A stretch of DNA of 64,000 nt, from positions 4,224,001 to 4,288,000 of the forward strand of contig CBDCDC010000002.1 in assembly GCA_965215195.1 (NCBI GenBank). Reading direction: 5' to 3'. This DNA is from Candidatus Latescibacterota bacterium (GTDB lineage: Bacteria > Latescibacterota > UBA2968 > UBA8231). Of this stretch, positions 42,674 to 51,890 are shown one piece after another (positions within the stretch are counted from its first letter, which is position 1; each line of letters starts with the position of its first letter). Position numbers and translations under genes: made by a program. The notes under the pieces are model-generated. The model was given only the letters and a program-made list of their open reading frames with translations. It was not told the DNA's origin and searched no databases.

Positions 42674-43855
42674 TCACTTTGCTTCATAGCCGGGATTCCG
42701 ACAAAATTGTGCGACCGCATCCTGCGCCGCGCCGAGTAAGCGCAATGGCACGACATGGACCTGCGCGTTGAGGGGGTACGACTTCTGGCCGGGGTACACG
42801 ATAATGACCCGTTCGAGCTTTAGATCGTCGAGGGCAATGCGGATGGAGCGCGTCAGGCGCGGCGCGTCCGTGCGCTTGCATTCGACGCCTAACCAGCGGC
42901 CGTTCAGGCGCAGCACAAGGTCTATTTCGGCCCCTTGATGTGTGCTCCAGAAAAATGCCTCCTCCGGCTGCAGCCAAGCGAGTAACTGCTCGATGACAAA
43001 ACCCTCCCACGACGCGCCAAGGCTAGGATGATTCATCAGTTCGCCCTCCGTCCGAATGGCGAGCAATTGGTGCAATAGGCCGCTGTCCCGCAGGTAAATT
43101 TTAGGAGCCTTGACTTGCCGCTTGGCGATGTTGGCGTAGTAGGGCTGCAATTGGCGAATCATGAACGCATCTGTCAGCAGATCGAGATAATGCCGCGTAG
43201 TAGATGCGCTCACGTCTAAGGCGCGGGCCGGCGCGGCAGCGTTCCAAGTCTGCCCATGATAGTGGGCGAGCATGGTCCAGAAGCGATGCAGAGCAACGGC
43301 CGGGACCCTCGCCCCCCATTGGGGTATGTCGCGTTCTAGCAGGGTCTGTATGAAGTCCTTGCGCCATTGGTGGCTTGCCGCGTCGCTGGATGCGAGGTAC
43401 GACCGCGGCAGACCGCCGCGCAGCCACAGAGTACCGGTCTGGTCGGTGCTCACCTCGCTTAGCTGAAAGCCGCCGAGGGTAAGGTGCTCAACCCGTCCGG
43501 CCAAACTCTCCGAAGACTGGCGCAACAAGTCGCCGGATGCGCTCCCCAAGATGAGGAATTGGGCCGGTGAGTCGCGGCGATCCGCTAGCACCCGCAGAAT
43601 CGGGAATAAGTCGGGTCGCCTTTGCACTTCGTCTATGACGACAAGGCCGCGCAGCGTCTCTAGCGCGGTCATTGGCTGATCGAGCCGAGCGAGGCTGACC
43701 GGATCCTCCAAATCGAAGTAGTTCGCCGAATCCTCCCGCACGAACTCGCGAGCGAGTGTGGTTTTGCCGCATTGGCGCGAGCCGACGAGGAGCACCACCG
43801 GGCTTCTGGAGAGGGCTGTACGCAAACGATCAATGGGCTGTGGGCGAGGAATCAT
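42674..43855 (-). CDS. AAA+ ATPase (AAA_14 + DUF4143)
   Basis: 'GSRQCGKTT', 'VIDEVQR', 'LGSAS', 'LAGR', 'GGLP', 'PKIYLRDSGL', 'GASWEGFV', 'EIDLV..GVECK'. Confidence 0.92.
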   Translation of the reverse strand: MIPRPQPIDRLRTALSRSPVVLLVGSRQCGKTTLAREFVREDSANYFDLEDPVSLARLDQPMTALETLRGLVVIDEVQRRPDLFPILRVLADRRDSPAQFLILGSASGDLLRQSSESLAGRVEHLTLGGFQLSEVSTDQTGTLWLRGGLPRSYLASSDAASHQWRKDFIQTLLERDIPQWGARVPAVALHRFWTMLAHYHGQTWNAAAPARALDVSASTTRHYLDLLTDAFMIRQLQPYYANIAKRQVKAPKIYLRDSGLLHQLLAIRTEGELMNHPSLGASWEGFVIEQLLAWLQPEEAFFWSTHQGAEIDLVLRLNGRWLGVECKRTDAPRLTRSIRIALDDLKLERVIIVYPGQKSYPLNAQVHVVPLRLLGAAQDAVAQFCRNPGYEAK

Positions 43856-43868
43856 AAGTAGAAATATA

Positions 43869-43901
43869 ATGAAAATCGACGGTGCAAGAACCGATTTTCA
43901 T
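43869..43901. promoter_or_regulatory. Inverted-repeat operator upstream of AAA/DUF4143 gene
   Basis: ATGAAAATCG-N13-CGATTTTCAT perfect 10-bp IR next to a TATATT -10-like box 7 nt before ATG. Confidence 0.5.
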
Positions 43902-43978
43902 GGTTGAAGCACGTCCCGGAGTTCGTTTAGGGCACGGGTCAATAGGTTTCGTCGCGGCGATTCCCGGCAATCACTTTC

Positions 43979-45799
43979 TCAATCGTCGTCGTCGCGCTCG
44001 CTGAGCAGTTCGCCGCGCTGGAGCCGCTCGGCGTTTTGGGTGGACCAGAGGATGTTCTTCATCACCTTTTGCGCGGTGATGTAGCGGGTCGCCGCCAACA
44101 GGTGGACGCGCTTTTCCTCCGGGTCGCTGCTCAAGTCGTAGTGCCGGAACGCGGCTTCGAGCACTTGGAACATGTGCAGCTCGGCGTCTTCGCGGAGCAT
44201 GATGTGGGCCAAGGCGTGGCGGAGCTTGGCCACGTCGCGTCCTTCTTCGAGATACTGGCTGACGAGGATTTCGGCCTCAAAGACTTTTTGGAAATCGGCC
44301 AATTCGCCGAGGTGCTTGAGCATGTCCTCGCTGGAGGCGAAATGATCGTCGAGCTTCTGCCCGTGCTGGGGGACGCGGGCGGAGGGCATGTTGAGCCAGC
44401 GCAGGTAGGTGAGGAAGACCGCGCCGTGGAAGATGGCGCGCAACAGCTCTTTGCTGGCGGCGTAGTGGAAGGTGCAGTAGAGTGCGTGGGCGTAGGAATA
44501 AATGTTGGCCACGTCGTGCCAATCGCCCTCGTTTTTGAGGTGAAAGCGCAGGGTGCGCAACGCGCTGGCATAGGTCATGGCGCGGCAAAGCTGGGTCGGC
44601 GGCACGCCCGCGCGCAGGGCCGCTTCAACGCGGGCGAGAATGGGTTCAAAGTCGTCGCCGAGCATGACTTGGGCAAAGGCCGAGACGTCGAGAGTGGCTT
44701 CATTGCGCTGATTGTCCTCCCAGATCTCGTCTAGGCGCGAGAAGATGCTTTCTAAGACCGGCCGGCTGTCGGCCCAACGCGAGGTCTCTTCGTGGCGGGT
44801 GCGGCTCACCAAATCGACGGCGATCGGGCGGAGAATCTCGTGTGCGCCGACCCATTCCACGTAGTCGAGGGCCTCGAACATCTTGTTGGCAAAGTCGAGG
44901 GCGTGCCCGTCGCCGGTGAAGTAGAAGTCCGTGGCCGCAGTGAAGACGAAATCCGCGAGGGTTTCCTTGCCGCAATCGCGGTCGTGCAGGGTGAGCAAAA
45001 TGCGCTCGGCCGCGCCGTGGTGCCGCTGATCGACAAAGGTGCGAAACCAGCGCTTGAGGGTGGCTAAGTCTTGGTCGGCATTGGCGCGGGGAAAGGGGAA
45101 GCGCTGGCGGCGCGACGATCCCGAGGTGCGGTGCGCGATCTGGGTCAGGCCGTGGACGAGAAAGAGATTTTGATCGGCCTCGGCAATGTCGTCCCACAAA
45201 TTCGCTGCGAGGGTTAGGATGGCGACGCCCGAGGACCAGCCTTCGCTGGTTTTGTGTGCGCCGTAGTAAAGCCCTTGCTGGATGATTTCCTGCGGGGTGG
45301 CACCTGTCTGGCGGAGCGCGGCGACCGCTTTGGCGATGAGAAAGGAACTGCGGTCTTTAAGCCCCTGTTCGAGTGTGCGCTTGCCGCGCGCCACGAGCCG
45401 CAGGCGGGCCTCTTCCCTCTCGCCGGGCGGGATGCCGACCCACGCGCAGCCGTCGTCGCGCACCTCCACGGGAAAGGCTTTCAGGTCGTCGCCCGAAGTC
45501 AGCAGGCAGCCGCCGGTCTTCAGGTCGAATTCCCAGTGGTGCCAGTGGCAGATCAGCACTCCGTCGCGGATGCTGCCTTTGGACATGGGGTAGCCCATGT
45601 GCGGGCAGCGATTGTCAACGGCGTGGAAGGCCCCCTCGTAGAGAAAGACGGCGAGGTGAATGCCTTCGACGGTAAAGGGCCGGCCCTCGCCGGCGGCAAA
45701 TTCGCTGGCCGGTGCGAGCCGGTGATAGACGCAGGTCGCTGGATCGACATCAATCGGCGGCCGCGCTTGGCTTAGGTCGAGACGTTGAGCAGTGGACAT
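43979..45799 (-). CDS. Rieske [2Fe-2S] domain protein with helical C-terminal domain
   Basis: 'NRCPHMGYP...CHWHHWEFDL' Rieske motif; 'GHALDFANK', 'LREDAELHMFQ'. Confidence 0.88.
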   Translation of the reverse strand: MSTAQRLDLSQARPPIDVDPATCVYHRLAPASEFAAGEGRPFTVEGIHLAVFLYEGAFHAVDNRCPHMGYPMSKGSIRDGVLICHWHHWEFDLKTGGCLLTSGDDLKAFPVEVRDDGCAWVGIPPGEREEARLRLVARGKRTLEQGLKDRSSFLIAKAVAALRQTGATPQEIIQQGLYYGAHKTSEGWSSGVAILTLAANLWDDIAEADQNLFLVHGLTQIAHRTSGSSRRQRFPFPRANADQDLATLKRWFRTFVDQRHHGAAERILLTLHDRDCGKETLADFVFTAATDFYFTGDGHALDFANKMFEALDYVEWVGAHEILRPIAVDLVSRTRHEETSRWADSRPVLESIFSRLDEIWEDNQRNEATLDVSAFAQVMLGDDFEPILARVEAALRAGVPPTQLCRAMTYASALRTLRFHLKNEGDWHDVANIYSYAHALYCTFHYAASKELLRAIFHGAVFLTYLRWLNMPSARVPQHGQKLDDHFASSEDMLKHLGELADFQKVFEAEILVSQYLEEGRDVAKLRHALAHIMLREDAELHMFQVLEAAFRHYDLSSDPEEKRVHLLAATRYITAQKVMKNILWSTQNAERLQRGELLSERDDDD

Positions 45800-46048
45800 G
45801 AGCGTTGCCTCCTGTGAAATGTTACGAGAATATGCGCGATTTGGCGGTGTTAGGCGAGGGGCCTATGTTGACTTGTAGTGGTGCGCGTGGGCATGTTCTG
45901 AGGGAGAGACTCCAGCGGCGCATGATTTACGATGGACACTAGCAGATGCTTCGCTTCACCGCGCCTTTAGGTGTGACCTCACGAGGACGGGTGGCAGGGC
46001 AGGGAGAAGCAAGCGAGACCATCAGCAACAAGGAAAGGAGATGTTCTT

Positions 46049-46492
46049 ATGACTTGGCGAATTTTGCTGGTAGCCGTGCTCTTTTTGGGCGGCGTGGTCG
46101 TCGACGAGGCGGCTGCGCGCAGCAAGCGCGTACGACAGGTTCCCAACGGCGCCACGTTTAGCTGCAACGCCTGTCACGTGGCCGGCGGCGGTTCGCCGCT
46201 CAATCCGTTTGGCCTAGAGATCGCAACCAATTTTCTCACCGCGGCCGGGCCAGCCGGCGACGTGGTTTGGGGAGCGGAGCTAGCGGCGTTGGACTCCGAT
46301 GGCGACGGAGCGTCCAATGGCGCAGAACTGGGCGACCCCGATGGCACTTGGGCGGCGGGCGACGCCAATCCAGAAAGCGAAGTGTTCCACCCCGGCGACC
46401 CAGCGAGCACTCCGCCACCCGAACCAGAAGATACGGCGGTTGCGGAGACGACTTGGGGGCAGATTAAGCAACTGATAGGTGCGCTCGACTGA
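46049..46492 (+). CDS. Secreted temptin-like protein with CxxCH and C-terminal TWGxIK motif
   Basis: RBS AAGGAG; signal peptide; 'VPNG..SCNACH..GGG.LNPFG', 'LDSDGDGASNGAELGDP..W', tail 'TAVAETTWGQIK'. Confidence 0.75.
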   Translation: MTWRILLVAVLFLGGVVVDEAAARSKRVRQVPNGATFSCNACHVAGGGSPLNPFGLEIATNFLTAAGPAGDVVWGAELAALDSDGDGASNGAELGDPDGTWAAGDANPESEVFHPGDPASTPPPEPEDTAVAETTWGQIKQLIGALD

Positions 46493-46506
46493 GGCGGAGC
46501 GGATGG

Positions 46507-46559
46507 CTTGGCGCGGCGGTTTTCAACGTCGTTATGGGATTGAAAACTGCCGCGCTGAG
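46507..46559. terminator. Long hairpin between temptin-like gene and copA
   Basis: GCGCGGCGGTTTTCAA-N13-TTGAAAACTGCCGCGC stem. Confidence 0.5.
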
Positions 46560-46591
46560 CGGGTTCGCCGGTCGAATTGCGAGGTTGTAAC

Positions 46592-48820
46592 ATGACGGAA
46601 AGCAGTAGAGAGCAGCAGTTTGCCATTGAGGGCATGCACTGCGCTGGCTGCGTGCGGCAGGTGGAGCAGCAGGTGTCCGGTTTGGTAGGCGTTGAAAAGG
46701 CTGACGTGAACTTGGCGACCGAGCAGATGGCCGTGCGCTTTGATCCGGCCGCAGTAGATGAGGCAAGCATTGCCGCGGCCGTGGCAAAAGCCGGGTTTCG
46801 GGCGCGGCTGCAAGCACCCGCAGCCGCAGGCGCGGCTAGGCGACAGGAGCGCAAGCAGGCCGAACTAGCCGCGCAGGCGGGTGCGTTTCGCTGGGCTGTT
46901 GCGTTTTGGCTGCCGCTCTTCGCGGTGGAAATGGCCGAGCAGATGGGTGCGCCCGTTGCCGCGGCCCTGTCCTTGGCCCAGCATCCGCTGCGGGTGGGCG
47001 TTTTGCACCTGCTGTTCGCGCTGCCGGTGCTGTGGATTGGCCGCCAGATCTACGCCGAGGGCGGGCAGGCTCTGTGGCGGGGTCGGCCCAACATGTTTTC
47101 GCTAATCGCCATTGGCACGGCTGCGGCTTGGCTCTACAGCGCTTGGGGCTTGGGGTCGGTAGCCGTGGGTGCGACCGCGGCGTTTGACTCCTATTTCCCG
47201 TCGGTTGCGACGATTGTCACTTTCATGCTGATGGGCCGCTATCTCGAAGCGCGCTCGCGGTTGCGGGCCGAAGAGGCCATAGGGGCCCTGCTGCAACTTA
47301 AGCCCGACAAGGCCGCGCTGGTGACCGGCACTGGAGAGCGGGAAATCGCAACCGACGCCATTGAGGTGGGCGACTGCCTGCGCGTGCGCCCGGGCGAGCG
47401 CATCCCAGCCGATGGCCAAGTCGTCGAAGGAAATTCTACGGTGGATGAATCGCTGGTGACCGGCGAGTCGCTGCCGGTGGCCAAAGCCCCAGGCGATGAG
47501 GTGACCGGCGGCAGCCTCAACGGCGCGGGTGCGCTCATAGTCCGCGCAACGCGCGTGGCCGGGGACGCGCTGCTGATGCAGATGGTGCGCTTAGTCGAGG
47601 CCGCGCAGGCGGGCAAAGCGCCGATTGCTCGCTTGGCCGATGTAGTGGCCGGGTATTTCGTGCCGGCCGTGCTGGCCCTAGGCGCGGTGGCCGCGGTGGG
47701 TTGGCTGTGGGCCGGGGAGGGCCTGAGCTTTGCGTTGCAGGTTTTCGTGGCCGTGTTGATCATCGCCTGCCCGTGCAGCTTGGGCTTGGCCACGCCAGCC
47801 GCCATCATGGTCGGCACGGGCCGCGGAGCGCATTTGGGCATCCTGTTCAAAAGCCCAGAAGTGTTGGAAACGGCGCACAAAGTAGATGCCGTGGTGCTGG
47901 ACAAAACTGGCACGATCACCGAGGGACGCCCCCAGGTCGCAGCGGTAGAGCCGTTCAACGGACGCCGCGCCGACGAAGTGCTGAGCTTGGCCGCGGCCGT
48001 AGAGCGCGGCTCAGAGCATCCGCTGGCCGCGGCGATTGTGGCGGCCGCGGCCGAGCGCGGCCTTGTCGTGCCGGAGGCTAGCGAAGTTGTGGCGAGTCCG
48101 GGCAAAGGTGCGCAGGCCGCGGTGGAGGGCGAGGACGTGGCGGTGGGCAATCGCGCCATGATGGCCGCGGTGGGAGTCCGCGTGGACGGGGACAGGGACC
48201 CGGCGGCTGGTGCTACTGTCGCGTGGGTCGCGGCCGCCGGGTCGCTGGTCGGCCGCGTGTGTTTGGCCGACCGCCCCCGCCCGCAGAGCAAGGACGACGT
48301 GGCTCGGTTGGGCCAATGCGGTTTGGAGGTGGTGATGCTCACGGGCGACAGCCGTGCGGCCGCGGAAGCGGTGGCGCGTCAAGTGGGGATTGAGGCCGTG
48401 TGCGCTGGTGTCTTGCCGGCAGACAAGGCGGCGGTTGTGCAGGCCTTGCAGGCCGAGGGCCGCTGCGTGGCCATGGTCGGCGACGGGATCAACGACGCGC
48501 CGGCGCTGGCCGCCGCCGATGTGGGCATGGCCTTTGCCACCGGCACGGATGTGGCGGCCGCGTCTGCTCCGGTGGTGCTCATGCACAGCCGATTGGCGGA
48601 TGTGGCGCGGGCTATTGAGCTGAGCCGAGCGGTTGTGCGGACCATAAGGCAGAATTTGTTCTGGGCGTTTTTTTACAATGCCGCGGGCATTCCGGTGGCC
48701 GCGGGTGCGCTCTACCTGTTCGGCGGCCCGCTGCTCAATCCGATGCTGGCGAGCCTCGCAATGGCCTTTTCGTCGGTGTCAGTGGTGATGAACGCGCTCC
48801 GGTTGCGGCGCTTTGGCTGA
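46592..48820 (+). CDS. copA: Copper-translocating P1B-type ATPase
   Basis: HMA 'GMHCAGC', 'TGES', 'CPC', 'DKTGT', 'SEHPL', 'GDGINDAPAL', 'YN...MAFSS'. Confidence 0.93.
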   Translation: MTESSREQQFAIEGMHCAGCVRQVEQQVSGLVGVEKADVNLATEQMAVRFDPAAVDEASIAAAVAKAGFRARLQAPAAAGAARRQERKQAELAAQAGAFRWAVAFWLPLFAVEMAEQMGAPVAAALSLAQHPLRVGVLHLLFALPVLWIGRQIYAEGGQALWRGRPNMFSLIAIGTAAAWLYSAWGLGSVAVGATAAFDSYFPSVATIVTFMLMGRYLEARSRLRAEEAIGALLQLKPDKAALVTGTGEREIATDAIEVGDCLRVRPGERIPADGQVVEGNSTVDESLVTGESLPVAKAPGDEVTGGSLNGAGALIVRATRVAGDALLMQMVRLVEAAQAGKAPIARLADVVAGYFVPAVLALGAVAAVGWLWAGEGLSFALQVFVAVLIIACPCSLGLATPAAIMVGTGRGAHLGILFKSPEVLETAHKVDAVVLDKTGTITEGRPQVAAVEPFNGRRADEVLSLAAAVERGSEHPLAAAIVAAAAERGLVVPEASEVVASPGKGAQAAVEGEDVAVGNRAMMAAVGVRVDGDRDPAAGATVAWVAAAGSLVGRVCLADRPRPQSKDDVARLGQCGLEVVMLTGDSRAAAEAVARQVGIEAVCAGVLPADKAAVVQALQAEGRCVAMVGDGINDAPALAAADVGMAFATGTDVAAASAPVVLMHSRLADVARAIELSRAVVRTIRQNLFWAFFYNAAGIPVAAGALYLFGGPLLNPMLASLAMAFSSVSVVMNALRLRRFG

Positions 48821-48872
48821 AGCTGCCATAGCTATCGGCGAATAGGCCCCATCCCGACGAGGAGACCCCACG

Positions 48873-50453
48873 ATGCGCTTTTTTAACACGAGCGGTCCGG
48901 TGGTGGCTGAGGATCACTACTGCATCCCGCCCTTAGAGCGGCTGAGTCTTGCCGAGGTGCGTCGGCTCATCCGCGACAAACGCTACTTCGTGCTGCACGC
49001 GCCGCGTCAGACGGGCAAGACCTCGGCCCTGCTGGCCCTGCGCGACCTGCTCAACGCCGAAGGGGCCTATGGCTGCGTGTACGTCAACGTGGAGCCCGCC
49101 CAAGCCCTGCGCGAAGATGTGGAACAGGCCACTCAGGTCATCTTGGGCGAACTGGCTTCTCGGGTGCGCTTGACGCTAGGCGACGAATTTCTAACCCAGA
49201 CGTGGGCCGCTATTTTCGCCGAGTTTGGACCGGGGGCCTTGCGCGAGGGGTTGACGCGCTGGTCGGAGGCCAGTCCCAAGCCGCTGGTGCTGCTGATCGA
49301 CGAAATCGATTCCTTGATCGGGGATTCGCTGCTGTCGGTGCTGCGTCAGTTGCGCGCGGGCTACGATTTGCGGCCGGAGGGCTTTCCGCAGAGCGTGGTG
49401 CTGTGCGGGGTGCGCGATGTGCGCGACTACCGCATTCAATCGACCGCGGAAAATGCGATTATCGCCGGCGGCAGCGCGTTCAATATCAAAGCGCGTTCGT
49501 TGCGCTTGGGCGACTTTTCGCGGGAGGAGGTGCTCAAGCTGCTGGGGCAGCACACCGAAGAAACGGGCCAGCAGTTTACCGCCGAGGCACTGGACGTAGT
49601 CTGGACGCAGACGCAAGGGCAGCCGTGGCTGGTCAACGCGCTGGCCGACGAAACCTGTTTTGCCGGCGAATTTGCCGAGGCGTGGCATCGTCCGGTCGCG
49701 GCCGAGGCCATCCATTCCGCTCGCGAGCAGCTCATCTTGCGGCGCGAGACGCACTTGGATCAGTTGGCCGACAAGCTGCAAGAGGAGCGGGTGCGGCGAG
49801 TGGTTGAGCCGCTGTTGAGCGGCCGTGGGGCCGCCGAAAAGGTGCCCGACGACGACCTGCAATACACGCGCGATCTGGGACTCGTGCGCCGCGAGGGCCC
49901 CGTCGCCATTGCCAATCCGATCTATCGAGAAATCATCCCTCGGGCGCTGACCTATACGACCCAAGAGATGACGATCTCTCACGATCCTACTTGGTACGTC
50001 GATTCAAATGGCAATCTCGAGGTCGCCAAGCTGCTATCGGCCTTCCAAGGGTTTTTCCGCGAGCATTCGGAGCACTGGGTGGAGCGGTTCCAGTACAAGG
50101 AAGCCGGTCCGCAACTGCTACTACAAGCGTTTTTGCAGCGGATTGTGAACTGCGGCGGACGCATTGAGCGGGAATATGGCTTGGGTCGGATGCGGACGGA
50201 TTTGCTGATCGTGTGGCCGCAAGGGCAGGAGACGCTTAAAGTGGTGATCGAGTGTAAGGTGCTGCACAAGAGCTTGGAGCAGACGATGGCCGCAGGATTG
50301 GAACAGACGTCCGAGTACATGGATCGTTGCGAGGCCGAGACGGGTCATCTGGTGATTTTCGACCGGCGCGAAGGTCGGCGATGGGCCGACAAAGTGTTTC
50401 ACAGCCGCCGGGTATCGGACCAAGGTGTCGAAATCGACGTTTGGGGGATGTGA
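48873..50453 (+). CDS. AAA-like ATPase with C-terminal PD-(D/E)xK-like domain
   Basis: 'RFFNTSGP', 'HAPRQTGKTS', 'LLIDEID', 'QGQPWLVN', 'REYGLGRMRTDL..IECK'. Confidence 0.85.
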   Translation: MRFFNTSGPVVAEDHYCIPPLERLSLAEVRRLIRDKRYFVLHAPRQTGKTSALLALRDLLNAEGAYGCVYVNVEPAQALREDVEQATQVILGELASRVRLTLGDEFLTQTWAAIFAEFGPGALREGLTRWSEASPKPLVLLIDEIDSLIGDSLLSVLRQLRAGYDLRPEGFPQSVVLCGVRDVRDYRIQSTAENAIIAGGSAFNIKARSLRLGDFSREEVLKLLGQHTEETGQQFTAEALDVVWTQTQGQPWLVNALADETCFAGEFAEAWHRPVAAEAIHSAREQLILRRETHLDQLADKLQEERVRRVVEPLLSGRGAAEKVPDDDLQYTRDLGLVRREGPVAIANPIYREIIPRALTYTTQEMTISHDPTWYVDSNGNLEVAKLLSAFQGFFREHSEHWVERFQYKEAGPQLLLQAFLQRIVNCGGRIEREYGLGRMRTDLLIVWPQGQETLKVVIECKVLHKSLEQTMAAGLEQTSEYMDRCEAETGHLVIFDRREGRRWADKVFHSRRVSDQGVEIDVWGM

Positions 50454-50462
50454 CCGGCTGGG

Positions 50463-50614
50463 CTTACTACACGATACCAGCCCTCAGCCGGTCAAGGATC
50501 GAGGGCCTCTTGCCCTCGGCGAGGGCGGGACGCCCTCGATCCCGCACCCAGCGGAAACCGCAGAAAAGGCGTACTCAAAGTAAGGGGCGCCTACTTTAGG
50601 GGTCGTGTACTAAG
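50463..50614. mobile_element. MITE copy 2
   Basis: Same TIRs as copy 1; 9-bp TSD CCGGCTGGG (50454-50462, 50615-50623); 16 bp longer than copy 1. Confidence 0.88.
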
Positions 50615-50660
50615 CCGGCTGGGATGCGAAGAGATAGCCTATATAATAGGAAGAGGACGC

Positions 50661-51890
50661 ATGGCTGCGATTATGATGGTTGGGGCGTTTGACACCAAAG
50701 GCGTGGAATACGCCTTCTTGCGCGAGCAGATTTTGGCCCGCGGCCACGAAGTTGTGGCGGTGAACACGGGCGTTATGGGCCGGGCCGAAGCCTTTGCCGT
50801 GGACGTGGATGCCAGCGCGGTGGCGGCGGCCGGTGGCGCGTCCTTAGAGTCGCTGCGCGCGGCTAGCGACCGCGGTGCTGCCATGAAGGCTATGGGTGCG
50901 GGCGCGGCCAAGGTGGCCGAGCAATGGTACGCCGAGGGCCGGATTGACGGCATCGTCGGCATGGGCGGGTCCGGCGGCAGCAGCGTGGTGACCGCGGCCA
51001 TGCGCGCCCTGCCGGTGGGCGTACCCAAGGTCTGCGTTTCGACCGTGGCGTCTGGCGACACCGCGCCTTACGTCGGCAGCAAGGACGTGGTGCTCATTCC
51101 GTCGATTGTGGATGTGGCTGGAGTCAATCGGATTTCGCGGGTGATTTTTACGCGGGCCGCTGGCGCGATCTGCGGCATGGTCGAGGCCGAGCCGGCACCG
51201 GCTGGCGACGACAAGCCGATCGTCGCAGCGTCGATGTTTGGCAACACCACCGAATGCGTCAGCGCGTGCAGCGAGGCCCTGTCGGCGAGCGGGTACGAGG
51301 TCTTGGTCTTTCACGCCACCGGCACCGGCGGCCGCACCATGGAGTCGCTCATCGACGAGGGCTTAGTGGATGCGGTGCTGGACATCACCACCACCGAGTG
51401 GGCCGACGAAGTGTGCGGCGGCGTCTTCAGCGCGGGGCCAGACCGCTTGAGCGCGGCGGGCCGAGCGGGTTTGCCCCAGCTCGTGGTTCCCGGGTGCGTG
51501 GATATGGCCAATTTTGGCGGCATGGATACGGTGCCGCAAAAGTACAAGGACGGCACGCGGCTCTTTTACGAGTGGAACCCGGAGGTGACCTTGATGCGCA
51601 CTAATGCCGAGGAGAATGCGCAGATGGGCCGGATATTCGCCGCAAAGCTCAACGCCGCCCAAGGCCCGGTCGCCGTTCTCATTCCGCTCAGAGGCGTGTC
51701 GATCCTCGATGGCGATGGCGAGCTGTTTTGCGACCGCGAAGCCGACCGCGCCTTGGGCGACGCCCTTAAAGCCAACTTGGACGAGGGCATCCTCGTCCGC
51801 GAAGTTGATCACAACATCAACGATCCAGCATTTGCAGCCGCCGCAACCGCGCTGCTACTGGAGCTAATTGCCGAGAAAGCAGGAGAGTAA
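50661..51890 (+). CDS. Tm-1-like ATP-binding domain protein (UPF0261)
   Basis: 'DTKG.EY', 'GGSGGS', 'LPVGVPK..VSTVASG', 'MFGNTT.CV', 'FHATGTGG', 'TLMRT', 'HNINDP.FA'. Confidence 0.9.
   Translation: MAAIMMVGAFDTKGVEYAFLREQILARGHEVVAVNTGVMGRAEAFAVDVDASAVAAAGGASLESLRAASDRGAAMKAMGAGAAKVAEQWYAEGRIDGIVGMGGSGGSSVVTAAMRALPVGVPKVCVSTVASGDTAPYVGSKDVVLIPSIVDVAGVNRISRVIFTRAAGAICGMVEAEPAPAGDDKPIVAASMFGNTTECVSACSEALSASGYEVLVFHATGTGGRTMESLIDEGLVDAVLDITTTEWADEVCGGVFSAGPDRLSAAGRAGLPQLVVPGCVDMANFGGMDTVPQKYKDGTRLFYEWNPEVTLMRTNAEENAQMGRIFAAKLNAAQGPVAVLIPLRGVSILDGDGELFCDREADRALGDALKANLDEGILVREVDHNINDPAFAAAATALLLELIAEKAGE

Noticed and set aside
42508-42756. 82-aa ORF as a real gene
   Set aside because: It is a chimera of the AAA gene tail in another frame and the duplicated Rieske 3' end.
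45900-46040. Glycine-type riboswitch suggested by GGAGAGAC
   Set aside because: The CCGAAG and CTCTCAGG elements are missing.
47239-48342. Long antisense ORFs (also 17996-19066, 24426-25400, 9824-10492, etc.)
   Set aside because: Shadow frames of high-GC genes with Ser/Ala/Pro-rich nonsense composition.
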